From: Gracilinanus agilis
Taxonomy: Eukaryota
DNA length: 64,000 nucleotides
Direction: 5' to 3'
Assembly (NCBI RefSeq): GCF_016433145.1
Contig: NC_058133.1
Span: 284,302,202-284,366,201 of the forward strand
How positions within the stretch are numbered: position 1 is the first letter of the stretch; every line of letters begins with the position of its first letter. Both the position numbers and the translations under genes were made by a program. The notes beneath the pieces are model-generated. The model was not told the origin of the DNA and did no database searches. It was given only the letters and a program-made list of their open reading frames with translations. Shown piece by piece: positions 37,455-51,878 of the stretch.

Positions 37455-37791
37455 CTGTTGAGAGAAATTTTAAAAATTCAGGGAACAAGGAGACAAGTGA
37501 TTCTCACAGTCTTTTGTGATTATAAAGAATGTTAAGCAAATAAGAAGCAAGAATTCATCATTTCTTCCCTGTCTTCATTATTCGAAACACTTCTAAACTA
37601 CAATTATCAATCACTGATTTCTGTTAACCTCTCATTTATCTTGTGATGTCTATTGTCATTCAGTAGAGCTAAGAAGGAAGTATGTTGTAGTGGATGGAGA
37701 GCTGGCCCTAAAGCCAGGAAGAACTGAGTTCAGGTCCTACTTCTGAAACATAATGGCTATCTGACCTTGCAAGTGACTTAACCTTTCACTG

Positions 37792-38779
37792 TGTAATGAA
37801 ATAAAAGGGCAATGTTGGTATGTTGAGGAATGAATGGAGGAATAGCTGAGTTAAGGGATGAATGGGGAATATATGAAGGGCTGCTCAAACAGGCTAATCA
37901 CTGAGGCTAGAGACAGAGGGTACTGGGAGGAATAGGCTGGGTCCTTCAGAGAGGGAGGCTATCTCTGTGGTACAAGAGGAATTGAGTCAGCCAGAAGTAA
38001 TATGGGTCTGGCTAAAAGGCTTTTGTTGTTAATTTCTAAGGTCCCTTGAGGGAGGAGACAAGAGGCACCTCCCTGCCAGTGAACTGAAATCTACAGGAAG
38101 GGTCCGCTGACCAATTTCTGTTCAAGATGGATGCCTGGGTTTGTTCTCAAGAAATAAAGGGAAAGTTATTCCTTCCCTCTTCAGCCTTTGCCCTAATATC
38201 AAGTACAATGATTCACCAGAGGCTTTTGTGTAGATATCAAAGGGGATTTATTGATGCCAGGGGTAAGCAGAGGGAAAGGGGTTTGAGGGTTTTGTAACTG
38301 CTGCTAGGGAGAAAGCTGGTGCTGGGGGGAGGGTGGCAGGAGAGAGGGTCAGACTGAGAGAGACCAGCTCCCTCAGTCAGGGAAGGTTTCTCTGCCCTGA
38401 GGTAAAAGTATTTTATCAAATCACTAGATAAGAGGGTGGCTTGATTTAGTTTGTCCTTCCTGCCTACAGAAGCTAAAACCCAAGATGTCCAACCACCAAA
38501 CCACCTTTCCTCCCAGGGCCCAATGGGGAAATCCAGGGAAAATAGTAGGATGTAAATGGAGAGGTCAGGGAGAGGTCTAGAAAGAACAGACAAGGTCCAA
38601 AATGCCCCAAAGGCAAAAGGCCTTTCAGTTGGAACTCCAGGGATATTTATAGCCTGGCTCTAATGGTTTTCCCATGAGCCCAGCCCCCAAGCTGGTTCAA
38701 CAGTCTAAACCTTTCTAACTGACAGGCTGCTACAATTGGTTTGCAAAAGCAAGAGCTTTTGCTGCAACCCTGCATTACA
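37792..38779 (-). mobile_element. Complete solo LTR (988 bp) in the last MMUT intron, splitting a SINE
   Basis: 7-bp inverted termini TGTAATG...CATTACA, TSD ACTG/ACTA, minus-strand TATAAA (~38646-38651) and AATAAA (38247-38252). SINE halves at ~37680-37791 and ~38785-38850. Confidence 0.85.
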
Positions 38780-39349
38780 ACTAGTCTACATAACTCTATA
38801 TAATTACAGTTTGCAGAAAAGGAGTTTCCTCACCTGGAGTCTCTGTTCTGTAGGTCTAAGTTTGCAAGCCAGCTCACAAGAGACTTGTTTATATTCTTAT
38901 GGATTTCATCTACATTTATCTTTATGATATGATAAGGTACTGGAATAAGACTTTTGGGGGGGGTCTAAGAGCTGATCTAAGCTATTAAAACTTATGTGTG
39001 ACAAACATAACATATTTGAAATGTTTTATAATAAAAATAGGAGCTAGTCTGAATTTTGCTTCATTTGAAACTTAAAGAGGAGCTGCATAATTTCTGACTG
39101 GCACCTTCTTCCATTCTAGTAAATAAATATCATTCTGGCCTGTTGGGAAAAAAAAGTCTTTCATCTCATACCACTTAATGTGATAATATCTGCTTTCTTA
39201 GAGGATATGATAAGAGCAAGGGCAAATTTATTTTGACTATGTATTTTATATTCTTTAGAATATCCAAATCTCCTTTATGTTCTTTAATGCATAAAGAAAG
39301 CATAGGCACAATGTTAGCGGGTTCCAGAAAGGTAGAAGGGAATTATTTT

Positions 39350-39990
39350 TCATATTCTTTATTTTATCCAGGAAGGACTGTTAAAATGATTAAATTACAT
39401 CACCTAAAATGAAAATGAGGATCAGTGATATGGCTATGTACAAAATTTCCTTGTCAAGAAATTACATAATATTTTGTTTAGCTTTTAAAGTCTTATGCAA
39501 CCTGGCCTCAACTTATCTTTCCCACATCACTGGACATTATTCCTCTTCTTACACACTGCAATACAGCCAAACTGGTCTTCTCTTTGGTTCCTCAATCTTG
39601 ACACTTCATCTCCTGTTTCCATGACTTTGTACTAGCTGTCCCATATACCTAGGATGCATTTCTTCCTTATGTACATCTCATAGAATCTCTCTCTTCCTTT
39701 AAAATGTAGCTCAAGTACCATTTTCTGCATGAAACCTTTCCTGATTTCTCTCAATGACTAGTATTCTCTTCCCTCTTACATTACCTTGTATTTAACCATT
39801 TTGAATATATACATCTGTATCTGTTAACTTATTTGTTATATATATATTTACATATATTATTTACACACATATTTGTTTCCATTTGCATATAAGCTTACTA
39901 CAGGATAAAGATTATTTTACTCTTTGTACTTATACAACTGCTAATGCAGTACCTTGCACATAGTAGGTGCTTGATATTTGACTGATTGAG
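39350..39990 (+). mobile_element. L2 3' fragment
   Basis: L2-type text ending gcacatagtaggtgcttgata...ttgactgattga. Confidence 0.7.
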
Positions 39991-40545
39991 TCAAATAGGA
40001 AACTATAATTCCTTTAAAAGTAGTAAAAAATTATATCATATTGAAAATTAATTTTTTAAAAATATAATTATTTTAGCATTACAGTTCTTTTGGAATCAAA
40101 GCAGAATTATATTTTATATTTATAAGCCCAATGAGTTATTAAAATGAATTATCTGAGTAAACTGGAATGTAATTTCTTTGAAAATGGTGGTGTTAATCTT
40201 TTTTGGGCATAAAAGAATGGCATGGAAAAACATTTATTAAGTAATTAACATATGGCAAGCACTGTGCTAAATAGTGATGATACAAACAGAAAAGCAATAT
40301 AGTCTCTGCTTATAAGGAACATATGTTCTAATTGGAGGAGATGACACTATAGGAAAATTTCATTGCAGAGCAGATGGAAAAGTCTTTTGATCCTTAGAAC
40401 TAGCTTAAAAACTAACTAAAATCCTCAAGAAACTCTTTCACAGAGTTATATATAAAATAAATTCGTTCTTTAAAAAAATCCTATATTAAAAATAAGAACT
40501 TCATAAAAGTTGTCTTTACTAAGAAGTCCCATCAACATATTTTTA

Positions 40546-40740
<195 letters not shown>

Positions 40741-41254
40741 CTAAATAAATAGAAGCATGACAAATCATGAATACTTTTAGGTAAAGATTTTAACATGGTC
40801 ATGAATGACATATGCTACTTTAAAAAAACATTTTCTTCATTAGAAATCTCTGAGTGGATTGAAAATATTACTTTATGGCAATGGTCCAGTAGTAGAGAAG
40901 ACAGAGAAATAGCCTTGAAATAAGGAAGACTTTTGTTCCAAGTTCCTCCTCTGATGAATGTGGCTCTAAGTCATCTAACTTCTCAATGTCCAAGACAACT
41001 CTAAGACTGTAAGTTGTAAACAAGTAGCTAATCTTTATTGGTAGAAGTTTCCTTGCCCTTGATTACTTCACAGGTGAAATCATAGGCCCAGTACCTAACC
41101 CAACTTAATTAATTCCATTAATTCAAACTTCTTTCAAATACATCTCATATTTCAGATGCACAAAATGATTTAGATTTAATATTGTATATTTTGGCCACAT
41201 AATGAGAAGATAGGTCAGCAAAGGATAAGATGGTTAATCATGAAGAGAACAAAT

Positions 41255-41355
41255 GTAAACTTGAACAGACTTTGAGAAATAGTAGAGGCTAGAAGGACCT
41301 GGTGTGCTATGCTCCTTGAGGTCACAAAGAGCCAGACACAACTGAATGACCAAAA
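41255..41355 (+). mobile_element. RTE-family 3' tail fragment
   Basis: gaaggacctggtgtgctatgctccttgaggtcacaaagagccagacacaactgaatgac resembles RTE/BovB-type 3' ends. Confidence 0.6.
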
Positions 41356-43139
41356 AAAACCCCCAAAAAACAAACAAAAAAACAACTTGATTTATTTCAC
41401 AGTATCTCTACCAATGATATTAATGTTCTTCAGTATATTTCCCTCAAAAGAACCTTAAGGTCTATTAGGAAGATATTCAATACATTCTTTAACAATGAAT
41501 AAAATGAATGAATGAATAAAGCATTTATTAACTGCTTAGTCAGTCAATAAATAATCAATAAACATTTATTTAGTGCCTATTGGGTGCCAGGCACTGTGCT
41601 AAGCATTGAGGATACAACAAAAGTAAAAACTAGTACCTGGTCTTAAGGAACTAGCGCAGAGTCTAATGGTGGAGAAAACATGCAAACATCTATCTACAAA
41701 CAAGCTTTAGAAAAGGTGAACTGGAAATAATCAACAGAGGGAAGACACGAGAATAAAGAGGGACCAAGAAAGGCTTCCTTTAGAAAGTGGAATTGTAGTT
41801 GGGTCTTGAAGAAAGTGAGGGTAAAGCACTGGGATTACAAATAAATAAGTATGGCATCTCCTGCCTAACTCTCATAAAGCTCATATTCTCATCAATAAAA
41901 AACAAAACAAAACAAAACAACAATAAAAAAAACTCTTAGAGAAGATTTCAAGTCTGAAATCTCCAGGCTTTAGTCAGATGGAATAGTACTTGGGGGTATG
42001 AGGCAAAGCAGATGTTTATATTTATTTTTAAACATCATTTGGACTGATAAAATAATATCAGTTCATGATACTGAACCATTTGATAGTGCAAAGGACTTTG
42101 ATGACAAGAACTTTGTTTTCAGACTCTTCGGTAGCTAACTGTAGCACCTGCAGAAGTATTTCTGCCAGACTCGTCTCCACAGAGGGATGCTACCTTTCCA
42201 GGATGCTGGCTGTAAACACTGGCCTGGAAGTGCTGTTTTACCAGAAGCTTTTAGATACAGGATCCTGGGCTATCTCCATCAAGGGCTAAGGATACATGTC
42301 AGTCAAGGTGGTGGTGATTTTATTTGCTTAGCAAAGGCTTCCTCTTGCCTCTTTTTCAGGGTGTCACTCACCTACTAAGTGCCTGAGGCTATATTTGATT
42401 TCAGGTCTTCCTGGCTCCAAGTTCAGTACTCTCTCCATGTGCTACATAGCTATCTAAACCATCTGGTTTGTTTGTATCCAAAATAACATAAAGGAGAGAA
42501 AACTTCGGGTTTGGGGACATAATAATCATTCCTGTCTAAATGACAACATAACCATATAATAAATATTTATGTCCAAGAAATTGTGATAAGTTCTGCAGAG
42601 GTAGAAGTCTGAGGGCATTGTAATGTGAAGCAAAATAAATCCATTTTGTGACTTAACAGAAAGCAAAGCCATCACTTTTCAACATGTGGCAAAACAAAAT
42701 CCTTAATATTCATCTTAGCTAATTATATTAACAGTAAATATCTTGAAAAGTTTTAGATCTGAATTAATTTTTTCAAAATACCTGATAATAATCATAACAT
42801 TTTAGATTTGAATAGCATTCTAGATATCTCTGGTTCACACCCCTAATTTTAACAAGAGGAAAATGGGGATAAGAAAAGTGAAGATGACTAACTTGGATAC
42901 AATTAAACCAATTTGAATTAATCTCTGATTTCTTATCAAATAAAATCCAATTCTCTTCATCTAAAAGCTGTTAACAGTTTTCAAGCCATTTTTCATAACT
43001 TCTGCAGATTTCACACTGCAAGTTTACAAACTGATCCTTACCTTCATTTTCTTATAAAGGAAATTTCTTCATTAGGTTATTAATTCCAATGTAAACCATG
43101 GTATTCTTTTTAAAATTTCCTCATGATTTTTTTAGGTAC

Positions 43140-43287
43140 CTGAAAAAGAGGGCCTATGTCCACATCAAAGCCAAGATCAGCAAAACCTGTAGCAATAACT
43201 TTTGCTCCTCTGTCATGACCATCTTGACCCATTTTTGCCACAAGAAGACGAGGTCTACGCCCTTCACTCTCCATGAACTTCTGGACT
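43140..43287 (-). CDS. MMUT: MMUT exon 11 equivalent (148 nt), cobalamin-binding DxHxxG motif
   Basis: ttctttag|AGTCCAG...TTTCAG|gtacct. Translates [49 protein letters not shown]. Confidence 0.98.
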
Positions 43288-44360
43288 CTAAAGAACAGGT
43301 ATAATTATATTCAAATTGATTGCTTGATGGTACATTATACAAATTGTGATTTATTACTGACAATCTTTCATGTTCCTTAATTCTTCAAGTGGTTATTTAT
43401 TACTTAGTTGATATTACAAATATTTTTTTTGCAGTTAAGAAGTTTCTTTTCAAATTTACATGACTCTAGGAAACTTTGTAAAGCCAGAAATTTTAACATT
43501 TTAGAGCACATGGACCTATTTCCAGGATGGAGAATATCATAGATAAAAAGGATAGGAAACTGGGCAACTTTGCGACTCATCCAGCTGAAAACTTCTCACT
43601 TTATAGAGTAAATTGAGGCAATTCTTTAATTTTAAAAAGTTAAGGCATTTCTTTAAGGTCATGTAGCTAGTTGGTGGAAGAATTTGGATTAGAACCTAAG
43701 TAATTTGACTTCTGGGAAAATACACATCAAGTTAACTTACGTCAAGAAGCACTGAAGAAGTGTTTACTATATGCCAGGCATGGTACTAAGCACTGAGAAT
43801 ATAAATAAAGGCTTAAAGAAATGCAATCCTGCTTTCAAGGAGCTTACATTATAATAAACGAAGATAACATATTAGAAGGGAATTGGAAGCAGGCTGAAGG
43901 TGGGGGAAAGGATACAAAAAGCCCTGTGGAAAAGAATCAGCAGTGCAACTAGGGTAGGTTAGATTCTAAGTACTTGCATGAAGGGGAGGCCACTGTAATG
44001 ATACATTTTACAAACTGCTTAGTATTAGTGTCATATGCATTTAAGTGTTTTATAGATATTATTTGACCATAAAAATAAAATTTTGAATGGAAAGTCTTAA
44101 ATTATCAGAGAAAATGTTGAAATCAATTTTAATTAACAAACATGCAAAAAAATTAAACCCTTGCAAACAAATTGATGAGTTTAAAAGTGTAGGTATAGGA
44201 CTTCATTAACTTTCTTAAATTTCCATGAGCTCTATGGGTATTATTTTACAATTTTTCAACACTTGTGGGTCAAATCTTTGCTACAAATACTTACATATGC
44301 TATTTCTGAGAAAACAAAAATATGATTATTCGATACTTCTAAAAATTTTCAAATTTTTAC

Positions 44361-44492
44361 CTATTAAGAGCAAGGGTTATTTCTTCATTCTCTCCAAATT
44401 CCTGGCGGTATGCTCCACTTACTAATCGATCATTAGCTTTATGTTCACCAAACACTTTTTTCATTGCCTCCGTTATTTCTCCAACTGTACAT
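44361..44492 (-). CDS. MMUT: MMUT exon 10 equivalent (132 nt)
   Basis: tattttag|ATGTACA...AATAG|gtaaaa. Translates (R)[43 protein letters not shown](R). Confidence 0.98.
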
Positions 44493-46343
44493 CTAAAATA
44501 ATGCAATGAAAGATAGGCCTGATAAATATGTTCCATATAAGATGGAAACATTTTCCATAAAATTGAATGCAAGTTGACAATAATCTTACTGCCTACAAGG
44601 AACGATAACCTGAAAACCATAAACATGATAATAAGGATTTTAAAAATATAAAGATCAAATATATATTTATTATCCATTCTACCCAGTGAATTAAAGACCA
44701 CAGATCTCAGAATACTGTATAGATATTTTTAAATCCAAGCATTTAAGAATTATAAGGAAAAATCATTTGTCTCATAAATATTTTTGCTTTTACCAATAAT
44801 TTATGTGCAATTATTTATTAAAATAAATTTCTTAAATGAAATTGTTTGAAAATAGAAATTCTACATTGGCCATTACTCTCTTTCTCTTGATTTTTCAGGG
44901 CATCTTAATATTACTCAAGACACTAAAATGGTAGGGAAAAATCTATTAGACTATTTTATCTATTAGACTATCACAACTTGAAAGCTAGGCGTTAGTGTGA
45001 TAGCATGGTAAATTAATGCCAAATCTGATTATTAATGGATAGTACTATATAATATACATAAGGTATCAGAAAATTCTAATATGAAGGAAATCTGGATTAA
45101 TAAAAGTGTGGTAATAACAATCTATACCCTAGTGAATGTTTATACACATTAAAATTCATACATTATTTCATGAATTTTGACAGTTCTACCCAAGAGACTC
45201 AAAGTGATAAAATAACAAATATGCTATAGGTCACAACAAAGAAAGATTCAGAGTATAGTGGCAAACTACATTAACCTTCAAGTGAACTCCTATTTCTATA
45301 AGAAAGAGGCACAAATCCCTAGATTTCCTCCTCATACCAACTTTGAACAACTTTAATAGTAACTTTACTGATTTATCTCACAGCAGAGTTCATTGTTTCC
45401 TATATTAAAAAAACTCACAGAAAAACGCTTGGCAATTCCCAAGGCTAAGTGGCATATTTTAACAGAAAAGTAATGTAGGCTTTCAGGGTCATTTCACTAA
45501 ACTCTCCTATAGCTATCACAAAATTGAGTTCAGTACCTAGACTCAAAGACTGCTTTCTTGAGAGAATCTAAATGCTCATGTGCTTTCATAGAATGTTATT
45601 GCTAGGAGGGACCCTAAAGATTATCTAGTCCAATAATCACATTTTAAGATGAGGAAACTGAGAAACAAGAAAGTATTTACCTGACCAAAGTCTTAAGTAT
45701 TAATCATAATTCTTTGTTTTCTTTTAAGAGTTTTAGGTATTTTCCATAGAAATGTAGCATGATGAAAAACTGGTAAGTCTTTCTATATAAAATAACAGAG
45801 CTGCTTTGAATAAATGTTCATCCAATCTCTTTAACCGAAAAGAAACTCAAAATATGCCAACATATAATAAGTAGCACACTTTTCCAATCTTCTTGTTCTA
45901 GTTGGTATGAGATAAAGAATGAGCTCATTAACAATGGGCCCAAAAAAATTCTCACTTTGCAGGGAGCCGTTTTGCTAAAGGCACATCAAGGTGATTGGAA
46001 TAATGCTTGATCATACATTTGAAAAACTACAATATAACCTACAAATTACATTATGCCAGTGATTAATTGTAGTAAATTTCAGTTTCAATTTAATGTTTTA
46101 TGCATTCCACCACAATTACTGCTAAAAATGCTTATTATAAAAAATGCTTTCAAAAAACAGAGTTGTAAGAGACACACAAAAAAAAAGGTTTTAGTTTTCT
46201 TTACATTTTTTAATAGTCAGAAGGTATACAGAGTTTTGCTTTATTTAATAGACAACTCCTGTTTTTAAAAATATTCTTATAAAACAAAACCATACAAAAA
46301 TGAAACTCAACAACTTTAAATCTTCAAATTTATAGCTACACAC

Positions 46344-46459
46344 CTTGCTCGGGCTGCCTCTACTGCAAGCTGCAGGATGTTTCCTTCCCCAGTGGCGGCA
46401 CAAGCAGTGATTGCAGCAAGACATTTTTTAGCTGCCTCTTCATCTCTGTTGGCTTTCAC
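46344..46459 (-). CDS. MMUT: MMUT exon 9 equivalent (116 nt)
   Basis: cccacaag|GTGAAA...GCAAG|gtgtgt. Translates [38 protein letters not shown](R). Confidence 0.96.
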
Positions 46460-46499
46460 CTTGTGGGTGAGGTCAGAGAAAGAAAAATATTAGGCAAAT

Positions 46500-48520
46500 G
46501 TGACCACAGCAGATATCTGAAGAACCAGAGACAAGACACATGAAAAGTTTTCTCTGCTATTGGTAGCAATTAAAGTACTATTAATAAAGAGAAAATGAAG
46601 TAAATTAAAGGAATGGCATCCAATTATGGATGGTGACCAATTTGAAAATAAAACAGTATATGTAGATTAAGTTCTTTATGGTGCTAAAAGTCACAGAAAC
46701 AGAAGAAACCATAGAAATTATGGCATAATTCTGCTAATTTATTCAAATGGGAGTGAAAAGAGAAAAATAATGTATCTCCTCTAGGATTACATGACTTGTA
46801 CTTGAAAGATACAAACTGGGATGAAAACAGATACTGGATTGAATGTTTCAAATATATGCTAAAAGTTAAATAATAAAGAGAGGTGAAATAATAGACTTAG
46901 AACTGACAAATTTTATGATATTTAAGAATTACTGATAGTGAGGGACATTGGTGGTTATATTCACTGGGATATTACAAACTCTTCCTATACTTAAGATAGC
47001 AAGTTAAAAAAAAAAAAAGCAAGACTAGCAGAATATAAGCCAACTGTATTTTAGAAACACTTGATTAGAAGAATACATTTTTCCCCCAAAATATAGTCAG
47101 AGCCATTCCCCAGTGGTCATTATCCAAAGGCCATGGTCGATCAGCTTCTCAAAAGAAGAAAAGTAATACAAGTGAAAAGTTTGTTCCAAATCATTAATAA
47201 GAGAATGGCAAATCAGAACAACTTTAAGATTTCACTCCCTTCGTAGGAGCAATATCTATCATGTAAGCTAAGATACGTATTTTGTTTTCCTTTGTTTGAC
47301 CTAAAGAACAGGAAAATTTTCCCTAAGATTTAATTGTCCCAAGGGACTAAGGCTATTGGCGCAGCACCCTAGTCATTTAACTCTCTGCCATGCAAACTGG
47401 AGTTATTTTTTCCTTAAAAGGCAAGAGAACTGTCCCTGAGATTCAATGGTATAAGGGAGAGCTGTAATGCAGTAATGCTTTTTTGTCTAGGAGAATATTA
47501 AAAAAAAGGGTGGACCACAAGGAATTAGTATCCTTTCAGACTGGACAGATGTCCCAAAACCATGTGAGTCGATTTACTTTTCTGACTATACACATTACCA
47601 AATGCAGACAAACAGGGCCAAGTCTACCTGAACCAGTGCTTGTATCCTTTTTGAATATCCTTTACAAGCTATTTACCTACTTTTGTCAACTAGAAGGTGG
47701 TCTGCAAATGTCTCATTTCATCCCAATCTTAAACTTGAATCACTAGGTCAGTCTGAAACAGGTATAGTCTGAAAAAGACTCAACAAACTAGCAAAGCAAC
47801 AAAAGTGGGAAGTCAATATTAGGTAAACTAATGTAACACTGGAAGACCTCTGAATTGGTCCAACAATTATAGAAAACAATTTGAAATTATTATAAAAAAG
47901 TGAATAAAATGCCCATAGTCTTTGACCCAGTTAGTGCACTATTTGGCATATCATATGATAAACTCTGAAGTAAGAGACAGTCACATATTCACCAAAATGC
48001 TTACAATGGCACTTTTTGTGACAGTAAAGATCTGGTAACAAAGTATATGCCCATCCATCATGGAATGGATTGACAAATTTTGAAACTGAATGTAATAAAA
48101 CATCATTGCACAGAAAGAAACAAAGAATTATGGGAATTCATAGACTGCTGGGAAGACTATGCAAAGTGGAAGTGAATGCAAAGTGAACTGATGCAAAAAG
48201 GAACTTTGCAAAAGTGAAGTATGCAGGAACAGGAAAATAATATATATGATTACAGTAAGGAAAATGGAAAGAATAAAAAGAAAAATTTGAATACTGCATA
48301 CAGAAATTATAATGATCAAGTTTGGCTCAGATGAAAAGAAAAAATGTACATTTCTTCCTTCTTTGCATAGGTGAGAAATTATGGCCTTTTGCTGTCAGAT
48401 TTGGTCAATATGTTGGTTATTTTGGACCAAAAAATTGGACTAAACAGAACTGAACTTCAACAAAATTGTTTTTCTTCTTTGTTGTACGAGATAGATGAAT
48501 TACTTAGAAGGAGATGTAGG
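46500..48520 (+). mobile_element. Old L1 ORF2/3' fragments, antisense to MMUT, with an unidentified ~500-bp insert (47242-47742)
   Basis: Degraded L1 text (atggcaaatcagaacaactttaagatttcac... / ...ttgacccagttagtgcactatttggcatat). Confidence 0.65.
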
Positions 48521-50134
48521 AAGGTATGTGAAATGGATTTGAGTGGCTTCCCCAGATTAAGCATTTGGTTTCTTTCACATAAAAGTTAGATTGGCAATAA
48601 TGTTCTAAATTCACAAAGAACATTTGGTTGTTTATCTAAAAGTCCCAGGACAAGTTTGTGAGAAGGTGATTGACAGTAGGACAAGCCAGCCTGAAAAAAT
48701 ATAGAGGTTTCTAAATTCAAGAGCAATGGCACAGTTCAGTTACTTTTTATCTCGTGAGAGTATTGGGAAGATATAAATCTTATTACGGTATGTAATTCTT
48801 TTGAAACTTATTGAAAATAAGTTATTCTATACCGAAACTTAGCTCATGTGCTCAAGACTATACATCACAGCTGCCCCCTGCCAGCCAAGGGGGCTGGACA
48901 GAGGGCAAGGGGGGATTTCATTTCAGGAATACCATAAAAAGGAATACCATAAAAAGTCTGTTCTTACAGCCAGGCTTTTGCATTTTGCCATTAGGGCTTT
49001 CTGCCATCTTTCATGAAAGAGAATTAAAATGCTGCCTTATCATTCCTGCTGCTCTCTGATTCCAGTTTGTTGAAAGTGGGAAATTTGGGGGCCATTTATT
49101 TTTATCCCACTCAAAGGTATCTAGAAATGAATAGATATAATAAAGATTTAATTTTTTAAAAACCAAAGCTTCAAAGCTCAGAATTCCTTTTAATAGTTTC
49201 AAGGACAAGAACTCCTCCAACATGTCAAAAAGACATTCCATTCCATGATTTGCAAGCATCTGAACTGAACAAAGTTGTTTGGATCACACTCCTATCCCCA
49301 CACTCCCTATATGTATTTACAATAAATGTTCTCATTTCAATATAGTATATTCTTCTATCAGTTATTTCAATGTTTAATTAATATTTTGAAAATTATTTCA
49401 AAGAAGTAATTTGTTGTAGTGTAGTGTACAAACAGTGGAATTAAGAAATAGGCTTGAATCATGGTTCTAACAATTAGTAATTATGTGATTCTGAGAAAGT
49501 CACTTAACTCTATGGCTTAGTTTCTTCATTAATTAAACACTAAGCAGCTCTCTGCAATGAAGGCATTACACCAGGCATTAAAAAAACACAGACAAAAAAT
49601 GAAAAAGGATTTGCCTTCAAAGATCTTACATTCTACTAAAGAGAAACATACATAAATGAGCAAATTATTAATAAACAGGAACTTAGTTTTCCAAGAAAAC
49701 TTGTTTTCATTACATCATCTGCAGAAAACTTGCATACCAAATTTAAGAGCTATGATAGCAAAAGACAAAAGCACTTCTGGAAAGGAAAATGGCAAAAAAA
49801 AAAAAATAGAGAAGGGATTAAGGGCATTTATAGGCTGTGACTAAAATTCAATCCTATCCAATTATTTTCAAGTAATTACCTTATCCCTGGATACATTATA
49901 TGCTGTTCATTCCAAGTGACAACTTCCAGTTACCAATGCCTTCTTACTATGCTAGGAGAGACTCAACTACTTATTCTTTCAGCAGCTAAAGCTTAAGTCA
50001 AGATCAGCCACAACACAATCAGAGATAGTAGGATGGTGGTTGATTACAACTTATCTGGTTTTTACGATAAAAGGGATAAGAGGGATTTACCTATATTTAA
50101 AAAACAAAAACAAAAAAGAACAGAAAAAAACAAG

Positions 50135-50310
50135 GACAGCTGGCTCAGTGGATAGAAAGCCAAATCCTCGATTCCAATTTGGCCTCAGATACTTCCGAAC
50201 TGTGTGACCCTGAGAAAGTCATTTAACCTCAATGGCTGAGCCCTTACTACTCTTCTGACTTGGAACTGATACTTTTGATTTTAAGACAGAAAGGAAAGGG
50301 TTTAAAATTT
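50135..50310 (+). mobile_element. Opossum SINE-1-type SINE
   Basis: cagctggctcagtggatag head and cccttactactcttctgacttggaac...aaagggtttt tail. Confidence 0.8.
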
Positions 50311-51762
50311 TTTTTCAACTAAGACCTATCTGTACATCACTAAGCTGCTCTTCAAGAATGTCTGGTTTGCTGTCCTAAAGTCAGGTCTGCTTTCTTGTAC
50401 CTGGACTCAAACAACTTCTTAGTCTGGGAGGGAAGGAGTGGGTAGTTACTACAACTCATTACCAAACTTCCAACCCATCATATTGTTCCCTAGCCCTCAG
50501 CTCTGTAACCAGTCATGTTGCCCTCAACTCCATGATGTTACCTATTTGGTTATTGTTTTGTACTTCCCAAAACCTATGAAAGGGGAGCTATTCTTTTGTC
50601 CAGGATATTTGGCCAAGGGCAGTCACTGATCCTTTTATTGACAGATAGCATGCCCCTGCTCAGAGAAACATGTGTTGGTTTACCTTTTTGTTAAATTTCA
50701 ATTGTGACATGACTTGGCTACTCTGATCAATATAAGGATCCACAACAATTCCAAAGGTCTAATGATGAAAAATGCTATCCACTTTCAGACCAAAACCTGA
50801 TGAACTCTGAATGCAGATTGAAGCAAACTTTCTTTTGCTTTTTTATTGTTTTTCTTACTTTTTTCTTTCACAACTAATGCAGAAACAAGTTTTGCATAAC
50901 TTCATTAGGACTATAGGAGGATTGGAGATAGAATGAAAACGCAAAACTGAAAATAAATTTTTTAAAAATAAAATAATGCAAAACATGTAATTGGGAAATG
51001 TTTAACAATATAAATATACCACATTAAAAAAGAATAATAGTATTTCCAAGAGCAAAGGGCAACCAGCGAATTATACAAACAGTAATATTTTCATAGGGTC
51101 ATAAGATGTAGAGGTGAAAAGATCTTAAGGACCATCATGTCCAATGTCCTAATCTTTTTTATTTTTTAAGGTATCTCACAGATGTCTTTTAAAATTATAA
51201 ACACAAATTTTAATTGGGGGCAAAGGGTCATACATTTTGAATCATCTTGGGGAAATTGAGTAGGAAAAGAGTTGGGTAGAGGGAAGACTTGGTTCTCCTA
51301 ACTGAATTAGAAAAACAGAAACCCCAGCAGACTAAACTTAGGGGATATTTTTGAGGTTAAAAAGAGAAGATAAAGGAGATTTGTGGATTTAGGATCACAT
51401 TAGTGAAAGAATTCTTTTATGGATTTTATAGTTAGTATAATTTGACATGTCTTTATCAGATTGGAATTATAGGCAATACCTAACATTATAGTTAAGATTT
51501 TTTAAAAATATAATGTATATCTGTGAACTACAACTTAATAAGGGATTAACATTAACACAACATGAAAACAAAATAAGAGATTGCATAGTTTCAAGTTGGC
51601 TCAGGAAAAAACTACAAAGCTATAAAATCTTGTATACTTCTAAAATCTCAAAGTATAAACAATTATAATATGCAGTGGGTTCCTATAAAATAATCCTTGG
51701 TGACAATTTACTTGTAACAATAGCATATAATTTAAATTAACAATTTCAGAAAGTAGGCCTAC

Positions 51763-51878
51763 CTTTTTAAGTTTCTCAATTTGCTTGTTACGAACTGAAG
51801 TGTTATCAATGGACAGAACATCAACTGGCTCTTCTTTTTCTAACTGGTACTTATTTACACCAACAATTACTTCAGATC
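51763..51878 (-). CDS. MMUT: MMUT exon 8 equivalent (116 nt)
   Basis: gaacag|GATCTG...AAAAAG|gtaggc. Translates (G)[38 protein letters not shown]. Confidence 0.97.
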
